Shown piece after piece: positions 49,515 through 58,667 of a stretch of 64,000 nucleotides of DNA. The position numbers and the translations under genes were made by a program. The notes beneath the pieces are model-generated. The model was not told where the DNA came from. It saw only the letters and a program-made list of their open reading frames with translations, and ran no database searches. Each line of letters opens with the position of its first letter. Within the stretch, counting starts at the first letter, position 1. Origin of the DNA: Lachnospiraceae bacterium (GTDB lineage: Bacteria; Bacillota; Clostridia; Lachnospirales; Lachnospiraceae); the NCBI GenBank assembly GCA_021772075.1, contig JAETNQ010000006.1, forward strand, positions 13,380 through 77,379, read 5' to 3'.

Positions 49515-51050
49515 ATGAAGAGACGGACATACGAAGACTGGTTCGGAATGGTTTTTTTTGCAGCGGCCTGCGGGATGCTGGTTCTGTCGGTAAGGCTTTG
49601 CTTTGCCGATGGGATATGGTATGACGAGTTATTCACGATGGGGCTTACGGAAAGAAGCTTCGGGGAATTGACAGCGCTGACGGCGAGGGATGTGCATCCG
49701 CCTGTTTATTATTATTTTGTAAAAGCGGTCAGAGGAATCATACAGGGAATGGTGCGGGGAGCGGACGGCATCGTGATCGGCAAGCTTTGCTCCATCCTTC
49801 CTCTGGCAGGTTTGTTTGTATACGCCGCAACGATGGTCCGGCGGCGCTTTGGCTGGCTGTGCGCCGGACTGTTTGCATTCGGTATAACGGCGATGCCCAG
49901 TTTGTTCCAGTATACGGTGGAAATCAGGATGTATACATTGGCGATGTTTTTCGTAACTGCCGCATTTCTTCACGCTTATGAGGTGGTCTGCGGAGTAGGG
50001 GATAGCGGGGGAAGCAGGAAGAAAGATTGGGCCTGCCTGGCGGTTTATGGGATTCTGGCCGCTTATACCCACTATTTTGCCGGCGCAGCCGCAGCGATGG
50101 TATATTTGTTTCTCTTGGCTTATCTTATCATAAAGAAGGCTGCGAAGGAAGAAAAAAGAAAATGGTTTCTCTGCGTCCTGGCATCTGTGGCGGCTTATCT
50201 GCCATGGGCAGCCGTGGTGGTTCGGCAGATGGCCCAGGTAAAAGAGAATTATTGGATTCTGCCGCTGACATGGAGAACCTTTGGCTCCTGCGTGAAGTTC
50301 CTGATGAAGCCTCCTTTTGGCGGAGGTATCTTTCAGGTCGCGGCGGCGGTTGTGCTTTTTGCCGTTTATGTGGGTTTGCTGTTTTACGGCTTGTGGAAAA
50401 GCAGGAAAATTCCGGCGGAGGTTTTTTTGATCTTGTCCGGTACCGGCGTATTGGCAGGGGTCGTGCTTTTTGGATTTGCAGCGTCTTATCTGCTGCGTCC
50501 GGTATTTATCGTCCGGTATATGGTTCCGGCGGCAGGATGCTTTTGGCTTTCCTTTGCCTTTTTTGCCAGCAGGGCAGTAAAAACCAGGAAAATATTTCTT
50601 CCCGTCCTGGGATTGGTATTCCTGCTGGGAATCGGCGATTACCGGTGGTTCCGCAACGATGAGACATGGCGCAGGGTGCGTATGGAAGAGGTGGAAGAAG
50701 CGCTCGGGCAGATCGCGCCGGAGGACGCGGTCGTTACCCAGTTTAACCAAGTGCAGGGAGTGGCCGGTTATTACCTGGAAAATGAGATACATCTTTGGAA
50801 TGCGGAACCGGAGCTGCTGATCAGCGATATTTTTGAAAATAAATATTTTTCTCTTTCTTCGACAGAAGATTTGAAGGATTGGATGGAAGAGGGAAAAAAT
50901 GTTTGGTTTATCGGGAATAAGGGCAGCGGCCTGCTGGAAGAGTGGAAAGAAGAGGGAATTCTCGCCGAAGAAAAGCAGGAAGTTATGCTGGAAGTATATT
51001 GGATTACGATGTACCGGCTGTATGAGGAAACACCGGAGGGCGAACCATAA
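49515..51050 (+). CDS. GT-C fold membrane glycosyltransferase (PMT/ArnT-like)
   Basis: IWYDELFT, DVHPPVYY, EIRMY, YTHYF; multi-TM. Confidence 0.8.
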   Translation: MKRRTYEDWFGMVFFAAACGMLVLSVRLCFADGIWYDELFTMGLTERSFGELTALTARDVHPPVYYYFVKAVRGIIQGMVRGADGIVIGKLCSILPLAGLFVYAATMVRRRFGWLCAGLFAFGITAMPSLFQYTVEIRMYTLAMFFVTAAFLHAYEVVCGVGDSGGSRKKDWACLAVYGILAAYTHYFAGAAAAMVYLFLLAYLIIKKAAKEEKRKWFLCVLASVAAYLPWAAVVVRQMAQVKENYWILPLTWRTFGSCVKFLMKPPFGGGIFQVAAAVVLFAVYVGLLFYGLWKSRKIPAEVFLILSGTGVLAGVVLFGFAASYLLRPVFIVRYMVPAAGCFWLSFAFFASRAVKTRKIFLPVLGLVFLLGIGDYRWFRNDETWRRVRMEEVEEALGQIAPEDAVVTQFNQVQGVAGYYLENEIHLWNAEPELLISDIFENKYFSLSSTEDLKDWMEEGKNVWFIGNKGSGLLEEWKEEGILAEEKQEVMLEVYWITMYRLYEETPEGEP

Positions 51051-51079
51051 AAATAACTAAAAATAAAATAAATGAAAAT

Positions 51080-51110
51080 GCATAAGCTGGATAGTTTTCA
51101 GCCATACTGA
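51080..51110 (+). promoter_or_regulatory. Putative sigmaG-type promoter
   Basis: GCATAA-N17-CATACTGA upstream of the DUF1540-like gene. Confidence 0.6.
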
Positions 51111-51160
51111 TAAAGAAACATCATGTTAAGACAAGTCTGGGAAAATCAGGAGGTTAAACT

Positions 51161-51475
51161 ATGGCTCAATTAGACTGTTCGGTAGAGAATTGTATTTATA
51201 ACAAAGAAGAATGTTGCTGCAAAGGCGATATTATGGTCGGCGGAAAACACGCGGACAAAAAGGACGATACTTGCTGCGAAAGTTTTGCGGAGAAACGCGG
51301 CGACTCTTATACGAGCGCTTTGGAACATCCTTGCAGAACGATCAGCATCGACTGCGAGGCGGTAAAATGTGTTTATAACAGCAATTACAAATGCCATGCG
51401 GAACATGTGGACATCAAAGGCTGCGGCGCTTGCGACTGCAGGGAAACGGCCTGCGCGACCTTTAAGGAAAGATAA
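51161..51475 (+). CDS. DUF1540 domain protein (two Cys-rich repeats)
   Basis: CSVENCIYN...C...T.CESF repeated twice. Confidence 0.8.
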   Translation: MAQLDCSVENCIYNKEECCCKGDIMVGGKHADKKDDTCCESFAEKRGDSYTSALEHPCRTISIDCEAVKCVYNSNYKCHAEHVDIKGCGACDCRETACATFKER

Positions 51476-51668
51476 GAAAACGGCGGAAATCATTTCAGAG
51501 TCAGGAAGGGAATCCCGGAAACGGGGTTCCTTTTTTGTAGCCGTCCCCAATAGCATGGATTGGAAAATAATTTGGGATAAATCTGTTTTTGGGACTTGCA
51601 CATGCCATATGTTTTCTCTATAATAAATAGCGGAATAGAGAACGATGCATTTGGATATGGGAGCGAAA

Positions 51669-52310
51669 ATGAAAAATAAATGGGTAATCGTGCTGGCTGG
51701 AGCAGGGGCGGCGGTGATGCTTTTCTTTGGGGGGATGTTTGCGGTAAATACCGTTTTTGCGTCGGAACAGAGGGCGGCGGTAGAAAGCGGGCTTACGGGA
51801 ACGCAGCTTCATGCGCTTGCCGGCATGGAAGCGAAAAAAGCGTATAAAAAAGAGGTATATGGCGATTTGGGATGCACGGTAGTCCTTCCCGATGGTTATG
51901 TCCCGAGCGGGGATATAAAAGGTATGTATTTATCGGAACGCAATCCTCTGGATTCTTCCAATATTTATTATACCGCATCGGAAAATGTGGACGGGGAAGC
52001 GTTGGATAAAATGCTGGGATCCGATGAATATAAGAAGCGGATGGAAGAAAAACTGAAAGAAACCTATGGACAGCAGGCAGAGGTAGACCGCTTCCAATAT
52101 ACGAAGACAGAAGTGAGCGGATGCCCCGCGCATAAAGTGGAGTTATCCTGTAAAGCCGGGGAAACGGAGATGGACCAGCTGATCTATATTATTATTGCGG
52201 ATAAAGTTTATACCGTCACTTATTCCCAGTCGGCGGACGATGAAAGGATGGAAGAATTCCGTAAAAGCGCGGAGACAATACGATTGGTATTTGCGCAGGA
52301 TTTTATGTGA
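51669..52310 (+). CDS. Hypothetical membrane-anchored protein (PsbP/DcrB-like)
   Basis: N-terminal TM; C-terminal DKVYTVTYS beta pattern. Confidence 0.6.
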   Translation: MKNKWVIVLAGAGAAVMLFFGGMFAVNTVFASEQRAAVESGLTGTQLHALAGMEAKKAYKKEVYGDLGCTVVLPDGYVPSGDIKGMYLSERNPLDSSNIYYTASENVDGEALDKMLGSDEYKKRMEEKLKETYGQQAEVDRFQYTKTEVSGCPAHKVELSCKAGETEMDQLIYIIIADKVYTVTYSQSADDERMEEFRKSAETIRLVFAQDFM

Positions 52311-52382
52311 TCAACGAAAATAATTCGACGAAAAGAATTCGACGAAAAGAATTCGGTGAAAATAATTCTGGGAAAAAAGATA

Positions 52383-52411
52383 TTGACATACCATAGGGAT
52401 AGTGTTATAAT
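52383..52411 (+). promoter_or_regulatory. sigmaA promoter of infC-rpmI-rplT
   Basis: TTGACA-N17-TATAAT with TG extension. Confidence 0.9.
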
Positions 52412-52466
52412 CCATAAGGATTCGGCGATAGAATGAAAGCGTATGGCGTGAAGCCGGATCATTATC

Positions 52467-52599
52467 AAGCAGAGTATCCACTCTCACCCTGCGGCAAACG
52501 GGCTGGCAGGCGTTCATAAGCCAGGATTCTGTATCAGGCTGCATATACAGTCTTAGGCATTTTGAAAATAGGTGGATAGCTGTGCTATCCATTTTTTTA
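52467..52599 (+). ncRNA. Ribosomal protein L20 leader
   Basis: AAGCAGAGTATCCACTCTCACC 5' motif; TATCCAC can pair with GTGGATA, which overlaps the terminator TGGATAGC-TGT-GCTATCCA-T7; upstream of infC-rpmI-rplT. Confidence 0.75.
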
Positions 52600-52623
52600 G
52601 CGTATTATGAGGAGGACAAAGCC

Positions 52624-53130
52624 ATTAGCGATTTATTTATTAACGAGCAGATTAGAGACAAGGAAGTACGTGTGATCGGTGAAGATGGGGAACAATTAGG
52701 TATCATGCCTTCCAGGGAAGCGCTCCGTTTAGCGGAGGAAGCCGGATTGGATCTGGTGAAGATTGCCCCTACTGCAAAGCCGCCTGTCTGCAAGATTGTG
52801 GATTACGGTAAGTTCCGGTATGAGCAGGCGAGGAAAGAAAAGGAAGCGAGAAAGAAACAGAAGATTATTGAGATCAAGGAGATCCGTTTATCGCCCAATA
52901 TTGATACCAATGATTTGAATACAAAAATAAGCGCGGCCAGAAAGTTTATTACCAAGGGTGATAAGGTAAAGATCACTCTCCGTTTCAGAGGACGCGAAAT
53001 GGCGCATATGGCAAACAGCAAGCATATCTTGGACGATTTTGCGGAAGCGCTTTCCGATATTGCTTCGATAGAAAAAGCGCCGAAGGTGGAGGGAAGAAGC
53101 ATGACTATGTTTTTAACTGAAAAGCGTTAG
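52624..53130 (+). CDS. infC: Translation initiation factor IF-3 (ATT start)
   Basis: INEQIRDKEVRVI, VCKIVDYGK, KEIRLSP; ATT at 52624 after GAGGAGG. Confidence 0.96.
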   Translation: MSDLFINEQIRDKEVRVIGEDGEQLGIMPSREALRLAEEAGLDLVKIAPTAKPPVCKIVDYGKFRYEQARKEKEARKKQKIIEIKEIRLSPNIDTNDLNTKISAARKFITKGDKVKITLRFRGREMAHMANSKHILDDFAEALSDIASIEKAPKVEGRSMTMFLTEKR

Positions 53131-53179
53131 TTCGTACAGTTAAAATAGATAAAAATGAGGAAGTATAGGAGGAATTGAT

Positions 53180-53377
53180 ATGCCTAAAATGAAGACAAGC
53201 AGAGCTGCTGCGAAACGTTTTAAAGTAACGGGAACAGGTAAGTTAAAAAGAAACAAAGCTTATAAAAGCCATATCTTAACAAAGAAATCCCCTAAGAGAA
53301 AGAGGAATCTTAGAAAATCGACGGTTACAGATAAGACGAACGTTAAGAATATGAAGAAGATTTTACCGTATCTGTAA
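53180..53377 (+). CDS. rpmI: 50S ribosomal protein L35
   Basis: [21 protein letters not shown]. Confidence 0.97.
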   Translation: MPKMKTSRAAAKRFKVTGTGKLKRNKAYKSHILTKKSPKRKRNLRKSTVTDKTNVKNMKKILPYL

Positions 53378-53415
53378 GAGTAACATTTTTATAAGTCGTA
53401 AGGAGGAAACAAGAC

Positions 53416-53772
53416 ATGGCAAGAATTAAAGGCGGAATGAAAGCCAGAAGAAGACATAACAGAGTATTAAAGCTTGCAAAGGGATACAGAGGCGCAAGGT
53501 CAAAACAGTATAGAATAGCAAAGCAGGCAGTAATGAGGGCGCTGAATTCTTCCTATGCGGGAAGAAAGCAGAGAAAGCGCGAGATGAGGAAACTGTGGAT
53601 CACCCGTATCAATGCGGCGGCAAGGATGAACGGTCTTTCTTACAGCAAGTTTATGTATGGTTTGAAGCTTGCGGAAGTAGATATTAACCGCAAGATGCTT
53701 TCCGAGATGGCAGTATACGATGCAGAGGGCTTTAAGGAATTGGCAGAACTGGCAAAAAGCAAAATTGCATAA
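53416..53772 (+). CDS. rplT: 50S ribosomal protein L20
   Basis: LKLAKGYRG, RKLWITRINAAAR, INRKMLSEMA. Confidence 0.97.
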   Translation: MARIKGGMKARRRHNRVLKLAKGYRGARSKQYRIAKQAVMRALNSSYAGRKQRKREMRKLWITRINAAARMNGLSYSKFMYGLKLAEVDINRKMLSEMAVYDAEGFKELAELAKSKIA

Positions 53773-53790
53773 TAGCAGCAGATAAAAATA

Positions 53791-53833
53791 GAAACTCCGC
53801 AAGAATTGAACTTGTGGAGTTTTCATATTTTTT
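53791..53833 (+). terminator. Intrinsic terminator after rplT
   Basis: GAAACTCCGCAAG-AATTGAA-CTTGTGGAGTTTT plus T tract. Confidence 0.8.
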
Positions 53834-53865
53834 TTATTATTTTTTATGGAAGATTGGGTGTATAC

Positions 53866-53971
53866 TAGTGTGAGAAGTACTTCTAAAGCTCATGCCAGAG
53901 GGCATTTCGCTAAGAAGTACTAAGTCTCACACCGAAGAACGCCTAAAATAAGGCGTTCTTCCCATGGATGA
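53866..53971 (+). repeat. ~115-nt structured dispersed element, copy D
   Basis: Same architecture; its TAG overlaps a TATACT -10-like box. Confidence 0.92.
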
Positions 53972-53989
53972 TAAAGGAAGGACAGGAAT

Positions 53990-55438
53990 ATGGCAGTGTT
54001 GGATGGACGGAAACCGGAGAAGGTATTCCGGTATTTTGAGGAAATATGCGGGATTCCCCATGGATCGGGGAATGTGGATAAATTGAGCGATTACCTGGTG
54101 GATTTTGCCCGGAAAAGAGGGTTATCCCATATCCAGGATGAATGGAAAAATGTGATTATTATGAAGGAGGCTGCGCCTGGATACGAAGAGGAGGAGCCTG
54201 TGATCCTGCAGGGGCATATGGATATGGTGGCGGTAAAAAAGCCGGGTTCTGCTGTCGATATGGCTAAGGACGGATTGCGCCTTGCTGTGGACGGGGATGA
54301 TTTGTATGCGGAGGATACGAGCCTGGGCGGGGACGACGGAATTGCGGTGGCTTATGCCATGGCGCTTCTGGATTCGGACGATATTGCCCACCCCCGGCTG
54401 GAAGTAATTATCACTGTAGATGAGGAAGTGGGAATGGACGGCGCAAGGGAGCTGGATGTTTCCATGCTGAAAGGGAGACGGATGCTGAACCTGGATTCCG
54501 AAGAGGAAGGCATCATCCTTGCAGGATGCGCGGGAGGCGCAAGGGTGGATTGGACGTTTCCTGTGCGCAGGGAGGAAAAAGAGGGAAAGCGCTATCGTAT
54601 AAGCGTAAAAGGGCTTCAAGGCGGCCATTCCGGCGCAGAGATCGACAAGGAAAGAGGGAATGCCAATGTACTTATGGGAAGGCTTTTGTATAGGCTGCAT
54701 AAGGCAACGGCGGTATATGTGGAAGAATTGGAGGGGGGATTGGCCGATAATGCGATTCCGAGGGAAGCGGCTGTTGTTCTTCTCGCGGAGGCAGAAAACG
54801 GAACTGCTATAAAAGCGGAAGTATTGGCCGTGGAAGAAGAATTCAGGCAGGAACTGCAGACAAAGGATCCCGGTGTTTTTCTTGAAATAGAAGAATTGGG
54901 AGACGGAAAGGGGGATTGCCTGGGGCGTGAAGAGACGGACAGACTGATCTCGCTTTTGTTTGCCGCGCCAAACGGCGTACAGGCGATGAGCGCCGATATC
55001 GAGGGGTTGGTGGAGACCTCTTTGAATATGGGAATCGTAAATTTGGGTAAAGACAAGGCGGCAGTCCAGTTTTCCGTAAGAAGCTCGCTGGAAAGCGCGA
55101 AGCGGGTTTTGATTGAAAAGCTGGAAAATATAGCGGCTATGGCGGGGGCGGCGCAGGAAGTCAGAGGGGATTATCCCGGCTGGGCTTATCGGAAGGTATC
55201 GCCGTTCCGGGATATGGCGGTAAAGGCGTTCCGTGATTTATATGGGAAAGAACCGGAGATACAGGCGATACATGCGGGGCTGGAATGCGGGATATTGTCA
55301 TCGAAAATACCGGATTTGGAGTGCATTTCCATCGGGCCGGATATGAAGGATATCCATACGACGGAGGAACGGCTGAGTATTTCATCCACAGAGCGGGTAT
55401 GGAATTATGTACTGGAGATATTGCGGCGAAAAGAGTAA
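53990..55438 (+). CDS. pepD: Aminoacyl-histidine dipeptidase (M20)
   Basis: ILQGHMDMV, LGGDDG, DEEVG, NLDSEE, GGHSG, HAGLECG, HTTEE. Confidence 0.93.
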   Translation: MAVLDGRKPEKVFRYFEEICGIPHGSGNVDKLSDYLVDFARKRGLSHIQDEWKNVIIMKEAAPGYEEEEPVILQGHMDMVAVKKPGSAVDMAKDGLRLAVDGDDLYAEDTSLGGDDGIAVAYAMALLDSDDIAHPRLEVIITVDEEVGMDGARELDVSMLKGRRMLNLDSEEEGIILAGCAGGARVDWTFPVRREEKEGKRYRISVKGLQGGHSGAEIDKERGNANVLMGRLLYRLHKATAVYVEELEGGLADNAIPREAAVVLLAEAENGTAIKAEVLAVEEEFRQELQTKDPGVFLEIEELGDGKGDCLGREETDRLISLLFAAPNGVQAMSADIEGLVETSLNMGIVNLGKDKAAVQFSVRSSLESAKRVLIEKLENIAAMAGAAQEVRGDYPGWAYRKVSPFRDMAVKAFRDLYGKEPEIQAIHAGLECGILSSKIPDLECISIGPDMKDIHTTEERLSISSTERVWNYVLEILRRKE

Positions 55439-55471
55439 TGTTGAAGTATTTTTCAGTCTGTTACTAAAGAA

Positions 55472-56629
55472 ATGGGGAAGGATATGGATTTGAACAAAAA
55501 TAATTTAAAGAAGATAAGAGGATTGATTATTTTTACAGCAATAGTATGTCTGGCGGTAATCAAAATAGATATTGTGTTAAACGGGTTCTTTTTTGTTATA
55601 GGGATACTGAAGCCTTTTATTTATGGCGCGGTGGTTGCCTTTGTGCTGAATATCCCTATGGGCGCGATTGAGAAAAGGCTGTTCGGGGATGGAAAGCATT
55701 CCAAAATGCAGAAGGCGAAAAGGCCGGCGAGCATATTTCTTGCTTTTGTATCGGTGATATTGATTATGCTGGTGGTTGTTGTAACGGTAGTTCCCCAGCT
55801 GACAAAGACGATGATAGAGTTGGGAAATAAGATTCCTTTGTTTCTTAGCAGCATGCAGACATCCTTGGAACAGCTTCTGAAGGAGCGGCCGGAGCTGGTG
55901 GCTATGCTGGAAGAACTTGACTTTGACAGCATAAACTGGAATTCCGTGTTCAACGGTATTGTGGATTTTATGAAGAACGGTCTGGGCAACGTGGTAACTT
56001 CTACGGTGATGGTGGCATCCACCATTATAGGCGGCGTAGTGAATCTGTTCGTGGCTCTCGTATTTTCTTTTTATATACTGGCTCAGAAAGAGAAGCTGGG
56101 AGACCAGCTGAAAAGGGTGATGCATGCCTATTTTTCCAGAGGGTTATATGAAAGGATATTGGAAGTGGCTTCCCTGGCAAACCGGAATTTTTCGAATTTT
56201 ATTACGGGGCAATGCATGGAAGCGGTGATCCTGGGCAGCATGTTCGTGCTGGCTATGGCGGTATTCCGCTTCCCTTATGCCCTGCTGGTTGGGGTATTGA
56301 TCGCCTTTACCGCGCTGATACCGATTGTGGGGGCTTTTATCGGCTGTTTCGTAGGAACGTTCCTTATTATGGTGGATGATCCGGTAAAAGCGATCTGGTT
56401 TTTAGTTCTTTTTATCGTGCTGCAGCAGGTAGAGGGGAATTTGATTTATCCGCATGTGGTGGGGAATTCGGTTGGGCTTCCTTCTATATGGGTCTTGGCG
56501 GCAGTTACAGTCGGTGGCAGCCTGATGGGTATTGCCGGGATGCTTATTTTTATCCCTATCGTATCTACCGTTTATGCTTTGCTGCGCGATGATGTGAACC
56601 AGAAGAATGAAAGGAAAAGAAAGGCTTGA
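55472..56629 (+). CDS. AI-2E family transporter
   Basis: ALIPIVGAFIG, QQVEGNLIYPHVVG. Confidence 0.88.
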   Translation: MGKDMDLNKNNLKKIRGLIIFTAIVCLAVIKIDIVLNGFFFVIGILKPFIYGAVVAFVLNIPMGAIEKRLFGDGKHSKMQKAKRPASIFLAFVSVILIMLVVVVTVVPQLTKTMIELGNKIPLFLSSMQTSLEQLLKERPELVAMLEELDFDSINWNSVFNGIVDFMKNGLGNVVTSTVMVASTIIGGVVNLFVALVFSFYILAQKEKLGDQLKRVMHAYFSRGLYERILEVASLANRNFSNFITGQCMEAVILGSMFVLAMAVFRFPYALLVGVLIAFTALIPIVGAFIGCFVGTFLIMVDDPVKAIWFLVLFIVLQQVEGNLIYPHVVGNSVGLPSIWVLAAVTVGGSLMGIAGMLIFIPIVSTVYALLRDDVNQKNERKRKA

Positions 56630-56748
56630 AAACAGGAATCAGGGTCGCCGAAAATAAGATGAAGATAAGAAATGATAAAATTGATGGAAAATATTTAAAA
56701 AAGTAGTTGATTTTATATCGGGCAGCGTTTATAATAGTTATTGCGTTT

Positions 56749-56821
56749 CGGGGTGTGGCTCAGGTGGTAGAGCGCTACTTTAGGGAAGTAGAGGCCGCAA
56801 GTTCAAGTCTTGTCACTCCGA
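56749..56821 (+). tRNA. tRNA-Pro with anticodon AGG
   Basis: Acceptor CGGGGTG/CACTCCG plus A73, D arm GCTC/GAGC, anticodon arm CTACT-TTAGGGA-AGTAG, T arm GCAAG-TTCAAGT-CTTGT; no encoded CCA. Confidence 0.93.
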
Positions 56822-56827
56822 TAGGGA

Positions 56828-56872
56828 AAAAGTCCTTGAAAATGCGGGAATACAGCATTTCCAAGGATTTTT
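56828..56872. terminator. Hairpin between tRNA and convergent prophage gene (bidirectional terminator or att arm)
   Basis: AAAAGTCCTTGAAAATGC...GCATTTCCAAGGATTTTT. Confidence 0.55.
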
Positions 56873-56907
56873 CTTTTGTGGAACTAATGGAGGATAGATA
56901 CTATTAT

Positions 56908-57828
56908 TTATTCAATGATCCATAGTTCCCAACCTCTAATTGCTATCCTAATGTCTCCGCCGGTTTCGTTATCCCCGGATTCATCTTCATGGGCATATGC
57001 CCAGGCTCTGTTAAATCGAAGTTTTCCAGTAGACGGATCGTATGTCCGGTCCAAAAGGTTGCATTGCTGTTTGTCTTCTACAATAGATAAATTGTTGCTT
57101 GAGCCATGTTGGCATCTGGGATTCCAATCCGTAAAAAAGTATAAAAAGTTATCTTTTGTCCAATTTTGATAATCATTTGGAAATAGTTTATTTAAGAAAA
57201 AGACTGGTGCGCATATATAATGGTTTACCCAGCCTCCTGCCCAGTCTTGTACTGAACCTTTTGCGAGATCATATTCTGTATCAAATTCGTTTTTATAGGG
57301 GTTGCTGATACCGGTATTATTTGGAGCCAGCTTGTTGATTGTATAGGTAATAATGTTGCCGTCCGGCGATATGGTTTTAGTAAATCTTGGATAAGCAGCG
57401 GTATCATTATTTTGGATCTCTTGATAGATAATCTTCTTTACCCCTTCCAGACCTCCGCTACCCAATTTTTTTGGCACTGAATCAGCACCTACCACCCATT
57501 TACCGTTAGAGTCCTCATAAAATCTTAATCCGCCTAATCTGCTGTTTATACCATTTACCAGATTGGTAAGGGATGTGATCAGCTGTGCCAGACTATTCTT
57601 TATGGATTTGACAAGCGTTACGTCTGCGGCATACCCCGCCGTCTGGTTTTCGTTGGTAGTCACGCCCTTGAAGGTTCCCAGCTTGTCCTGTAAGTTCTTT
57701 CCGTCGTTAAACTCCACATCGGAGGCGTGAGTCCAGAAAGAATACCTGTTCCACTTTTTGTTCCCCGGTGTATTGTCTATACAGTGTCTGTATTTTCGGT
57801 TTTTTAAAATGGTTTCATTGATTGCCAT
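56908..57828 (-). CDS. Phage tail-fibre/receptor-binding-like protein
   Basis: YSFWTHASDVEFNDGKNLQDKL, coiled segment, LGGLRF...GADSV motif, distinct C-terminal domain. Confidence 0.55.
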   Translation of the reverse strand: MAINETILKNRKYRHCIDNTPGNKKWNRYSFWTHASDVEFNDGKNLQDKLGTFKGVTTNENQTAGYAADVTLVKSIKNSLAQLITSLTNLVNGINSRLGGLRFYEDSNGKWVVGADSVPKKLGSGGLEGVKKIIYQEIQNNDTAAYPRFTKTISPDGNIITYTINKLAPNNTGISNPYKNEFDTEYDLAKGSVQDWAGGWVNHYICAPVFFLNKLFPNDYQNWTKDNFLYFFTDWNPRCQHGSSNNLSIVEDKQQCNLLDRTYDPSTGKLRFNRAWAYAHEDESGDNETGGDIRIAIRGWELWIIE

Positions 57829-57840
57829 TGAAATTCCTCC

Positions 57841-58149
57841 TTATATCCAAAATTCGCCTACATCAATATCCGGTTCTGTATGGGACAAATGATGGGGGCT
57901 GAATTTGTTCAAGTTTAATATGTACTCCTGTGTATTTCTGACTTTTGCTTCCAGATAATTCATTAAATCGGCAGAATAGTGGTGTACTTCGCTTTGCTGG
58001 CTTAAAAAATTATTTGCGTCTGTGTATTGGCGTGCGTCTATGAGATGGTTATAGACGTCCATCACAGGCTGTCCTTTCAAGTCCATGTCGCAGAAGTATG
58101 TCCTGTCGTCAATTCCTTCCGGGTAGATAGAAACATATGGGTATTGCAT
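57841..58149 (-). CDS. Phage hypothetical protein
   Basis: RBS AAGGAGG; SIYPEGID, paralog-like to the next gene; ends DVGEFWI. Confidence 0.7.
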   Translation of the reverse strand: MQYPYVSIYPEGIDDRTYFCDMDLKGQPVMDVYNHLIDARQYTDANNFLSQQSEVHHYSADLMNYLEAKVRNTQEYILNLNKFSPHHLSHTEPDIDVGEFWI

Positions 58150-58158
58150 AGCCCCTCC

Positions 58159-58512
58159 TTATTCTCCCAGCCATACATCGTTGCGGCAGCAGATTTCCGG
58201 TTCGTTGTTGAAATAAATACATTGATGTTTCTGGATTCCCATGATCTGTACGTTCCGTATTTCTTCCTCAATAGCATTGATGGTTTCCGCATTGATGTTA
58301 TAGCGAGATAGTATGTCTGCATTTTCCGTTATTTTTTTAGCCGCCAGATCATATAGTCCACGCATTTTATAATCCGTTATTTCATTAATTAAGGATGCGA
58401 CGGAATCGTCGGCATCCTTAAAATGGTGCTGCGGAATTAAACTGTTGGGGAAATTGCTGTATTCGTGGGTATATGATGAGGCGTTTTGGATGATAAAATC
58501 ATTATTATTCAT
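58159..58512 (-). CDS. Phage hypothetical protein
   Basis: SNFPNSL..HHFKD..D; ends EPEICCRNDVWLGE. Confidence 0.7.
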   Translation of the reverse strand: MNNNDFIIQNASSYTHEYSNFPNSLIPQHHFKDADDSVASLINEITDYKMRGLYDLAAKKITENADILSRYNINAETINAIEEEIRNVQIMGIQKHQCIYFNNEPEICCRNDVWLGE

Positions 58513-58667
58513 TGGAAATATTATCCTCCTATATAGGTTGCATTAGCACATGTCGTATATCGACAAAACCGAAATTTGAATATCCATTTGTGATGCTTTG
58601 CAGCCTTTTTTAATTCATCATCTATATTCGTGTTATTTTTTATTGCAATTGTTTTATGCTTGCATTT

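Noticed and set aside
52322-52375. Imperfect tandem AATTCGACGAAAA(A)G microrepeat
   Set aside because: Three to four short degenerate units upstream of a promoter; most simply slippage, with no supportable function.
52582-52623. N-terminal extension of infC in the ORF track / ATT start as a novelty
   Set aside because: AUU initiation of infC is established autoregulation; the extension overlaps the L20-leader terminator.
45388-53971. The ~115-nt elements as simple intrinsic terminators or T-boxes
   Set aside because: No U-tract after either hairpin and no T-box or specifier motifs.
2300-56600. The many antisense and alternate-frame ORFs in the track overlapping clear genes
   Set aside because: No RBS or recognisable motifs; expected shadow ORFs of moderately GC-rich coding sequence.
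56908-57828. Diversity-generating retroelement target in the last prophage gene
   Set aside because: No reverse transcriptase and no template/variable repeat pair seen within the window.
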